Below are positions 52,640-64,000 of a stretch of 64,000 nt of DNA, piece after piece. Position 1 is the first letter of the stretch. Each line of letters opens with the position of its first letter. A program made the position numbers and the translations under genes. The notes beneath the pieces were generated by a model. The model saw only the letters and a list, made by a program, of their open reading frames with translations, was not told the origin of the DNA and did not search any database. This DNA comes from Epiperipatus broadwayi (Eukaryota; Animalia; Onychophora): contig JAQFVV010000006.1 of assembly GCA_028023455.1 (NCBI GenBank), positions 14,322,001 through 14,386,000 of the forward strand, given 5' to 3'.

Positions 52640-52889
52640 ATCACATTCATATCGGCTTTTTCAAATCAAATTGTGCAAACGCTTTTTGCGAGTGTTAAAT
52701 AATAAATGAATACCCTCTGACCCATACAAGATATAGAATTTATGCAGCAATAAAAGGATTCCTTTTATTGCTGCATAAATTCTATATCAATTCTATATCT
52801 TGTATGGGTCAGAGGGTATTCATTTATTATTTAACACTCGCAAAAAGCGTTTGCACAATTTGGTTTGAAAAAGCCGATATGAATGTGAT
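52640..52889. repeat. Near-perfect 250-bp palindrome
   Basis: 119-bp left arm, single-base centre (52759), and a right arm with one mismatch and an 11-bp duplication (aattctatatc). Confidence 0.95.
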
Positions 52890-53339
52890 TACAATTGTAT
52901 ACAGACGCTATAAAAAATAAATGCTAATATTTATTTATTTATTTTTAATATCTAAGTTTACACATTTTTAAGCACAATATTACAATTGAACCAGTCAATG
53001 TAAGTAAGAGAAGCAATTCATGATCTACTTTGAAAGTAGCTCATCTGTCATCGTGACTTTTAAACAATTACTGGAGTCAACATTTGAGCTTATTATGAAC
53101 CTGAGTTCATCGTAAAAGATGTCAACTACGAAATAATGAAACAATTCCGTAAACTTCTTAAATTAGGCTTGAAGTCAGCAACTGTTAATAATGCGATGGA
53201 TATTTGAGATCTTTATACTATATATTCATCAATTGGTCAGGCTTTATATTTCCTTCAAAAATTCTAGCAGTTACTTATTTTATAAAAATCTGCTAAATTT
53301 TTTTAGAACTATTTTCTGAATTTTATATATAGTTTATAT

Positions 53340-53945
53340 ATTTACTAAGGCTATATTAACCTCAGGAGTGTGCGCATGAAAATGCAAGGTAGTGACCTCT
53401 ACAGGTCTTAACCACAAGCTTACGCTTTGGAAGAAAAGAGGGGAACCCTTCTTTACTTCAACCTACTTTCTATATAAATAGGTGAAGCTGAAGCGGTTAG
53501 ATCTGAGAGTGTGAAGCTATTCAATATTTCACTATTAAGTCTACAATTCCTATTACACATTAGTACTCGCGAAATCTTTCAATTTACAGCAAGTCAATGG
53601 AAAGATCTTATAGTTAGAAATCTATTACGATAATTTAAAGTTGTAATTATAAATTTATTTAAATGCACATTAATTAGTAAGTAATAAATAAATAAAAGTA
53701 ATATTTACTAAGGCTATATTAACCTCAAGAGTGTGTGCATGAAAATGCGAAGGTAGGGACCTCTACAGGGCTTAACCACAAGCTTACGCTTTGGAAGAAA
53801 AGAGGGGAACCCTTCTTTACTTCAACCCACTTTCTATATAAATAGGTGAAGCTGAAACGGTTAGATCTGAGAGCTTGAAGCTATTCAATATTTCATTGAT
53901 TAAGTCCACAATTCCTATTACACATTAGTACTCGCGAAATCTTTC
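53340..53945. mobile_element. Partial tandem (about 1.7 copies, 363-bp period) of the 13815 family
   Basis: ~240-bp direct repeats starting tttactaagg at 53341 and 53704. Shares gacctctacagg..ttaaccacaagctta with the 13848-14002 palindrome. Confidence 0.85.
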
Positions 53946-53969
53946 GATTTGGAAGAAAAACTGTAAATG

Positions 53970-54495
53970 GGACATTGCTGGAATCTGTGAAGTTAGAAGA
54001 TGAAGAGAGAATTATCTGAAAAAGTGGACATGTATTTTACTATAATGTAGACATATTGCGAGCACAAATGAAATGGGATTCATAATAAATAAAAAAGAGA
54101 AAAACAACAGTTGAAAATGATATATGCAAGTGGTTGATTATTCTGGTTCACACTATGATGTAGAGGAGTTTTATATGGACATATAAAATGCTATTGATCA
54201 TATCAAACAATATTTTAATATTGTCGTGGAATATTTTAATGCTGGAACTGGTAAATGATTCACAGATGTAAGTGATATGGATAATAATTTGGTAATGGTT
54301 ACAGACAAGAGTGAAAACAAAGAATTGTGGAACTTACAGAAAAATTATTATGAATTCTTTCTTTGAGAAAAAGGAAATGGACATGGAAACATTCAAATGG
54401 AAGATATAGCAGAATTGGATTACATTTTACTTATTAGAAAATATATATATCACAATTGTAGATTCAATACAGGAAGTGACCATTGAATGGTTTAT
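53970..54495 (+). mobile_element. Second decayed RTE endonuclease fragment
   Basis: WDIAGICEVRR, ELDYIL and RFNTGSDH, colinear with 39840-40430. Confidence 0.75.
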
Positions 54496-55129
54496 CACTA
54501 TGAAGATCAAAAAGAGTTGAACTGTGATTTTAGACTCTTCAGCTTTTCTATTTTCATCACTGCACTAATCCACATAGGGCAATGTAACAGTCAAAAAGGG
54601 AAGTACTAACTGAATAGACAAGTCAAAATGCCAACTACATGTTCAAACTATTTGCCCAAAGACAGGTTAAGATTATTTGGCAATGAGCACCATAACCAAG
54701 ACACAACACTAGATCATAATTAAGTGTTCTTTTAACATAATTTAAGAGCTACAATGCACATTATGAAGATATATAGATCTAATAATTGCTCTGGATTCAA
54801 ATATTCAAAGTGCTTCTCTTATCAATATATCTTGAATATTAACGCTAGTTGAATAGGCTCAATCATTCAAAGTCAGTATTCAGATACAAATATCTAATTT
54901 ACAGAATGGCAGATTAAATATTTCCCAAACAAAAACTTATAATGAAAAATTACATTCTGCTCTCTAATAATACTGTGCTTTACAAAATTGAAATTTGCAG
55001 TTTGTTCTTGAAAAATCAAGGGCAGTATTCACAATTGAATATAGTCATTTCAATTCCAAAAAGTTTACAAGTTATGTGATGCCTATCCAAACCAATTAAT
55101 AAAACACAAATATATTCGTATATCATCTA

Positions 55130-55300
55130 GTATTCTATCATAAGGACAGGTCCAGAGAACAATCACATAGCCAACCCATCCATTTCTCCATTCTGTTCTG
55201 TTCACTGACCATAGCTTCAACTTCATATATCTATTTTTTACATCATCCAGAAAAGTCAATCTTATAGTTTTAATATCCTTTAATAAAATCACTCAATTAA
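55130..55300 (-). mobile_element. 3'-terminal fragment of an RTE-like LINE
   Basis: TFLDDVKNRYMKLKLWSVNRTEWR resembles the RTE C-terminal W/FLD..Y..LK..R..WR pattern. Confidence 0.5.
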
Positions 55301-55689
55301 GAGTTGTTCATCCAATAACAAACTAAATGTACAAAGATTATTTTTTAAAAAATTTCATTTAATCTTTATTTTTAAATATTTTTCCATGTGAGGTGGGGAG
55401 ATGGGGGGTTGGTTTCTGCTTTTGTAAACTGTGACAAATGGTTGTTTTTGGAGAAAAAATGAGTCAGTAATTAAGGATTTCATTTAAAATAGAAAAATCT
55501 AAAACTCCCTTTGTCTTACAGAGGATTACTAAATCTATTAAAGAAATAAAAGATTTCACACTGATAATGGTTGGAAAATTAGTAAAATACAGTCACATGA
55601 TTAGCCATACACTAATTTAGATGAGAATACTTTATAAATGACTACTACGTTAATTAGTCGACAGCCCAGTGATTTTTTTCAACAAACAG

Positions 55690-56335
55690 GAATATGATCC
55701 CCCCCTTTTTTTTATAATCTATATCTTATTTTTACTCTATTTATACATCTAAATCTTTATAGACTAATATCCCTCTCTTTAAAAAACCACTTTTATCATC
55801 CAATATACGATTCTAATTCCATCATTTTATTTATCTCTTTCTATAATTCATATTTATATTACTTTTTTCACATCCATCATTTAATTATATATACTAATTT
55901 ATACATTTAAAATACATTTACATTTATCATCATTTATAACTCACCCCATTCTTTTAAGGCAAATACATTAATTCCCTTTTACAATGTTTTGAGTAAAAAT
56001 GATTATGAAATTGATAATTTTAGAATTATTCAGTATATATAATTAAATTATGGATTGAGAATATAAATATGAATTATATAGAACAAGTAAGAATAAATTA
56101 AAACTAGATTAAGCATTTATATGATAAATCTGTATATATATTCATAAAAAGAATTTAACATAAAAATTTTGATAACATTGAATCGACAATTTAAAGAGAG
56201 AATAAAAAAAGAGGAGTATATAGATCATTATAAACCAGTATTAAATAGAATGTTAATAAATAGAGATAAAAAATAGATAATATAAGAATATATATAAAAA
56301 AAAAAAGGGGGGGGGATTATAAAAAGAATGTTAAT
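55690..56335. mobile_element. Highly degenerate inverted pair, possibly a GIY-YIG (Penelope-like) C-terminal relic
   Basis: Arms bounded by atcccccccttttttttata and tataaaaaaaaaaaggggggggatt. The + arm reads VYIIK...YIEQ..KTRL, then IKIL...ERIKKEEYIDHYKPVLNR (56160-56249). Confidence 0.4.
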
Positions 56336-57640
56336 GGGTAGATTTGAGAAAAGATAAAAATTTATATGAAGATATTAATTTATAAAGGTAATTTAAAAGA
56401 ATAATTAAGATAGAGGAGGAAATAATTGTATTTGTAGATATAATAATATTATGTTTTAATTGAATATTATTATTTAATTTTATATTTTATTTATTTGTGT
56501 TATTATTTTTGTTTTTTATTTTTATTTATTTATTTTATTATTATTATTATTTTTAAAAATTGATAATGACTACAGAATGTAGTTACGTATGGAGAAAGAA
56601 AATTATAGTTAATAAAACAAGTTTTAAAGAAAGAATGTTAATTTATATATTTATTATCAATATTTAAAAAAAAAAAGTAATTGAATAAATAGAGTACAGA
56701 AGTTTGTAAAAGGCAGAAATGGAACTAGGACAAAAAACTCATTTCAACCGTCAGCTAATAAAAATTTATTAGAAGCTATCATCATTGAAAAAACAATAAC
56801 AAACAAGAACAGGATTAAATAATAATAATAATAATCAGACTTTCACGATAGCAATAAATAGATAAAAGGTTATGCTTTAGATTTGTTTAAAATAAATTAA
56901 ATAAAAATTTAATAATCAACAAAATAATAATAAGTTGAAAGTACATAAAATGTAAATTCACACTAAAATATGTTTAAAATAATATTATAAATTAAAATAG
57001 ATTATAAATTATTGAATGAATAAATTATAAATAATGATTGTTAGAATAATGTAAAATATAAAAGATATTAAGTTAGAGTTAAGTATTATAAGAATAAAAT
57101 AAAATAAAGAATAAGAATAGAATATATATGTATAGGAAGTTTTTAATTGATAAATATAGAATGTAGAAAAAGGGTAAAAAATTATATAATATTTAAAAGG
57201 TAATAAATAGATGATGATTATAAGATGTATATATAGAATTTCCATTATGTTGTAGTTCCGAAGAAGATTGTTGGGGCAATCGAAACTGTAAACTGTAAAA
57301 GAGGGTGGTAAATAAAGCATTGTGTAACAATAGAAACGTGCATGGATGATTTTGTATTATATGGTTAAATCTTAATACAGAGACTCAAATATTAACTTTT
57401 AAAGAGTATTTAAAAAAACTAAAAATTATATGTATGTAATTTGCATAATAAATATGTAATTTAAATGTCGGCTAAAATAAGCATTAAAAAATATAATCTG
57501 GATTATTATGAAGTTAAGAAAACTTTTTTTTTAAAGGATTATGAGAAAGTAAATACTGTTTGCAGCTAAATAAGTTTAAAATGTCGAATAGGAGAGTAAG
57601 ATATAAGATTATAGTTGATAAAAAAAAGTTTGTTTATCAT

Positions 57641-58025
57641 TAAAACAGTAGCAACCTCTCCATACAAGAGTGCCAGCCATAGTAACCAATGGATACAAGA
57701 TTTGTGCATAAAATCCCTATCTACTGCCTACCCATCCAATATCCCCAGACTAGTTTCTAGTTGTGGCTTTCATCAGTGAGGAGCCTTGGATCTGAGAGCA
57801 CTGCATCTAGATACAAGGCTTGTCACTGATGAGAACCACAAGCTAGAAACTAGTCTGGGAATATTAGCTAAGTAGGCATTGGATAGGGATTTTATGCACA
57901 AATCTTCCTGCATCCATTGATTATTATGGTTTGCATTGGGTAGCACTATTGTATAGAGACTTTGCTGCTGATTTAACAGCTTATATAAGCGTTGGAAATG
58001 ATGATCATGTGATGTTTATTGGTTT
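57641..58025. mobile_element. Inverted pair of the hammerhead-bearing repeat (pair C), in ARPC3 intron 2
   Basis: Motifs at 57742-57782 (-, core intact) and 57820-57861 (+). The right copy has the 3' extension gatcatgtgatg. Confidence 0.85.
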
Positions 58026-58513
58026 ATTTATTATTAATAATAATATTATCATATTTGCCAGTAACTTGTTAAATGCTGAATAATACAAAGATTTGTTGTC
58101 CGAGAAGACAAGACTTATGAGTGTTGCAATGGATAGTAAAATCTTTTTTTCTCAAATCAACCATTTTGCTACTGTACTAAATAATGCACAATTAAATGAA
58201 ATAATTTGCAACTATAAAATAAGTATGATTATAAAGTAATCAACTAGGTTTAAAGTTCTGAATTCAAATAAATTAAAGTATTAGTCTGTTATTTACTATT
58301 TTGCAAGCTGTTAATTTAATTTTCGGTTGTGAAATTTTCAGAACAAAAATTTTGCATCTACAATGTCGAAATTCTATAGGTGTAGAGTTTTGTCCATAAC
58401 TTTAAAATCATTGCCCAGTTTTAATATTGTAACCATGTGCAAATTATGCTTAGTATATACAAATGTGATAATTTTTATGTATGTATAAGAGAGAGTTGAA
58501 TTAAAAGATAATG

Positions 58514-59188
58514 AAATCTCCATCTATTACCTATTCATCCAATATTCCAGATTAACTTCTAGCTTGTGGCTTTCATCTGTGATGAGTCTTGGATTTGAGA
58601 GCACAGCACCTAGATCTTAGAATCTAACGCAATTTTCCAGCAGCCATCTTTTACCTTTTTAGTTAACTATAAAGTTATTAATCCCAAATGAAATCATATG
58701 TTTTCAATCCAAGCCCATTCACTTGTATAGTGTTATAGACCTGAACCCAGTTCAGTATGCATACTTTTGGGGTCTTTGGTACTTTAATAACCATGGATGT
58801 CATCATCCTGTGGGCAAAAATGGTATTAAACCTAAGTTCAGATCTATATGACTATGTAAGCAAATGAGCTTGGATTGAAAACATTATATGTTTTCATTTT
58901 CGACTCATAGTTTTAAAGTTAACTAAAAAGATAAAACGTGGCTGCTGGAGGGTTGCATTAGATCCTAAGATCTAGGTGCAGTGCTCTCAGATCCAAGGCT
59001 CCTCACTAATAAAAGGTACAAACTAGAAACTAGTCTGAAGATATTGGATGAGTAAGCACTAGATATGAATTTTATGCATCCATTGATTACTGTGGCTTGC
59101 ACTGGGTGGCACTGCTGTATGGAGAGTTTGTCGCTGTTTTAACAGCTTATATAAGCATAGAAAAGGGTGATCATGTGATATTTAGTGC
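58514..59188. mobile_element. Long-armed inverted pair of the hammerhead-bearing repeat (pair D)
   Basis: Arms ~58514-58740 and ~58840-59188; degenerate motifs at 58544-58585 (-) and 59000-59041 (+). Confidence 0.85.
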
Positions 59189-60294
59189 TTTAACTTGAAT
59201 ATTATAGGAGAACAGATACTATTTACAAGATGTTATTAGCTAGTTGTCAGACTATAGTTAAAGTGGACTACACATTGGACACAGACCTGTTTGAAAACAG
59301 TGGTTCTGCATTTATAAATAAATTAAGTTGGTAAAATAGTTGAGGTTAAACAATAATAGAGAGCAGGTGATGTTTAGTTATCAGTCACATTCTGGACACC
59401 CTACATTAGTTGACTTCTTACAGGATGCACTGGGAATGGAAAAAATATTTGGGCAAATTCTTTGCCAATAAATAAAGATGACATAGCATAATAAGAATGA
59501 AAAAAAAAAGATTTTAAATAAGCAACTACATGTCAATAATATTTTTACCTGATTGCCTCATGCTTATTCATATGCTTTCAGGAATCATACTCCTCGCCCT
59601 ACTCTAAAACCACTTACTGTAGGCTTGAATAATCAATGGATACCAAATGTTATAGTGTTATAAAAATCCCCACTTCCAAACCTGTTTCTTGTTTTTGCTT
59701 TCATCAATAAAAAGGCAACAGCTGTCACAAGGTCTCTAAAATATGTACAACTGATTAGGCATCACATCTATATAATTATGCAAATGACTCAACTAAGCCA
59801 TAGAGGTTTTTGAATTTTAGGATATGAGAATGAACAGTATAAAAGGATAGGTGCCTGCTAGATACATGATTACATCAGTGCCAGGTTTGAATCTTAGTTG
59901 ATGAAGATGAAAGCCAAATCTAAACTGGAGATGTGCACTACACCACCTGATGTCCACTGACTTCTTAAGCTTAACACTTAGACGGCTCTACAATAGGAAG
60001 AAAAGCGATATTTATGCAAGTATCTATATTCTACTTTGTAACAGATTCTTACTTTTTTAATAAAGTGATGAGTTGTGTAAATAACTATTTAACAAGTATA
60101 CCTTTTATATAAGAAAGAAGAGACGGCAATAGTCTACCAATGTTCCGAATTTTGCTAAATTATATAGCTACTCGATTGTTTAAAAGCTTGCAATTACTAA
60201 ACTTCAGAGCTGGAGATACCAAGAGGTATTTGACATTTAGTGGGGAAAATGTTAATTTCTAACTACTGGTCTTTATAATTAAGAAAAATTAGAT

Positions 60295-60368
60295 TTACAC
60301 ATACACATATATCCATCAGTCGCCTTTTACTTACACATACACATATATCCATCAGTCACTTTTTACTT
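60295..60368 (+). repeat. 36-bp tandem duplication
   Basis: ttacacatacacatatatccatcagtc occurs at 60295 and 60331. Confidence 0.9.
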
Positions 60369-60933
60369 CTTTTACGATATCCAATGAGCCAATAGCAAGA
60401 AAGTAGTTCAAGAATTTGGCAAACACCACTAGAAAGTCTTATGACAGAATACTACAAGAGAGTAGCACCTCCAATAAGATATCAATTGTAAGTTGGATTC
60501 ATAGAGGAAAAGAAAAGTAAGTCGGATTCGTAATGGAAAAGTGATGAGTACAAGTTAACATTTCTGGAATACAACTTAGTTTACCGTATCTGGTATTTGA
60601 CACTTGGGATAACCAAAACCTTTATTATTATCTTACACAAGCTGAAAAATGTTAGGATACTTTCATTGGTATGAATACTTGGGCTTAAACAGAGAAAAAA
60701 TTAGCTAGATTTTAACGGTCAACATTAAATAATTAATTTCATTGATTTTTTTTTTAATTAACTGAAATATGTTTGTATTTTGTTGCCAATTGTATCTATA
60801 AAAACACTCATATAAGAAAATAGCAATGTATTTCTGTAAACAGGAAAAAATAAAAAAATGAATATAAAAATATGTATTTGCACATGTAAATCTAATGTCT
60901 AAAAGTAAAAGCAAAAATTAATTTAAATTGTAC

Positions 60934-61030
60934 CTTCTTTTGGTGCTGGTCCTTTAAATTGTGTTCTGAGAGGAAGCACGCCCATATTTCCTACCATTTG
61001 GGGACAATTTATAAACTGGGAATGATATGC
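60934..61030 (-). CDS. ARPC3: ARPC3 exon 2 (97 bp)
   Basis: ttttatttcag acceptor and GTACAA donor; AYHSQFINCPQMVGNMGVLPLRTQFKGPAPKE (human [33 protein letters not shown]). Confidence 0.93.
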
Positions 61031-61099
61031 CTGAAATAAAAGTAAGAGAATTACTTATTAAACCACTAAACATCGCATACTCAATCTTCTTTATACTTA

Positions 61100-61770
61100 C
61101 ACAGAGGCAAAACTCTCTATATAGTAGCGCCACTCAGTGCAAGCCAGAGTAATCAATGAATGCAGGAAGGTTTGTGCATCAAATCTCTAGCTAGTTCCTA
61201 CTCATCCAATACCCTCAGACTAGTTTCTAGCTTGGGGCCTTTATTAGCAAGGAGTCTTGGATCTGAGAGCACCGCACCTAGATCTTAGGATCTAATGCAA
61301 CCCTCTAGCAGCCACCTTTTACCGCATTAGCTGACTATAAAGCTTTGATTCCAAAATAAAAACACGTTTTCAACTCAAACTCATTAGCTTGTATAGTTGT
61401 TTAGATCTGCTCAATAGGATTATGGTGACGATAGTTATTAAAGAACGAGACACCAAAAAGTATGTATCTTTATTCAGATCTATACGACTATACAAGCTAA
61501 TGAGCTTGAATTAAAACCATTATTGTGTTTTCATTTTGGACTTAAAGCTTTATAGTTAGTTAATAAGGTAAAAGGTGACTGCTGGAAGGTTGCATTAGAT
61601 CCTAAGATCTAGGTGCCGTGCTCGCAGATCCAAAGCTACTGATGAAAGCCACAAGCTAGAAAGTAGTCTGGAGCTATTGAATGACTAGGCACTAGATAGG
61701 GACTTTATACACAAACCTTCCTGTATCCATTGATTACTCTGGCATGCACTGAGTGCTGCTACTACATGGA
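61100..61770. mobile_element. Long-armed inverted pair of the hammerhead-bearing repeat (pair E), 70 nt from the ARPC3 exon 2 acceptor
   Basis: ~310-bp arms around a ~50-bp spacer; motifs at 61212-61253 (-) and 61635-61674 (+). Confidence 0.88.
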
Positions 61771-62349
61771 TAATTACTTGTTTATAAAAAAACTACTAAT
61801 AAAAAGCCAATAGAATATATAATGCTAAAAGATTACTTAATTTTTCTAAATTAAATAAATAAAAAACAAACCCAGAAGGATCAACTGGAATGTAAATTAA
61901 TTCAACTTATCAATTTACTTTCTCAAAGCGTTACAAACATAATTAAGCTATCATTAAACATAAATGTCCATTCCAGAAGTGTACAAGGCAAAGTCCTCTC
62001 TATTAGCCTAACTGAGAAACTGTGAGGAGTTTATCGGGCTTGGTAATGCCTTCCAATGGCGGTCTGAATGGTTTTAATTAAGAATAGCTAGAGACCTATT
62101 TACTGACCAATATTGGATGATTAGCTGGGTTGTTCCAGGAATGATTATCTTAAAATATATATTTATAACTGACTGAAACCTGAAAAAATTTTCAAGTTTT
62201 TATGTAATCCAGATTCAATCTAAGACACTAGGCATGGCAAAAAGTTGTACTATATTATATTTAGGAAAGTTGTCTAATCAAATTACCATAGGAATGCATG
62301 TAAATGAATAAAAGCAATCACCCATATTTATGCATAGCGAAAAACAACA

Positions 62350-64000
<1,651 letters not shown>

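Overview
This is AT-rich eukaryotic (invertebrate, probably arthropod) genomic DNA with two convergent protein-coding genes in a dense field of mobile-element relics. On the + strand, 282-1799 is the last coding exon of a PPM1D/WIP1-type PP2C phosphatase (KMRADNT motif followed by a long low-complexity tail). On the - strand, six small exons of ARPC3 (Arp2/3 p21 subunit) lie at 60934-61030, 47575-47651, 38270-38338, 36257-36383, 35461-35555 and 21319-21381. They were reconstructed by hand and splice in frame; the ATG-bearing first exon was not found. The most striking non-genic feature is a repeat family carrying a minimal type I hammerhead-ribozyme motif (CTGATGA...GAAACTAGTC, palindromic helix III, intact helix I). 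About 10 motif copies are present, mostly as head-to-head inverted pairs, and several are in the sense orientation inside ARPC3 introns. Related observations are a palindrome centred on a hammerhead-type ACCGGT helix, several asymmetric fold-back insertions (one with a target-site duplication, TSD), and a possible GIY-YIG relic. Together these suggest, by inference, a set of Penelope-like / retrozyme-like non-autonomous retroelements. Also present are a tRNA-Gly-derived SINE with a TSD, other tRNA-like SINEs, a near-full-length decayed RTE LINE, a decayed mariner, a gypsy-like PBS/gag relic, MITE-like elements and a minisatellite. The last ~1.6 kb looks like low-quality sequence.
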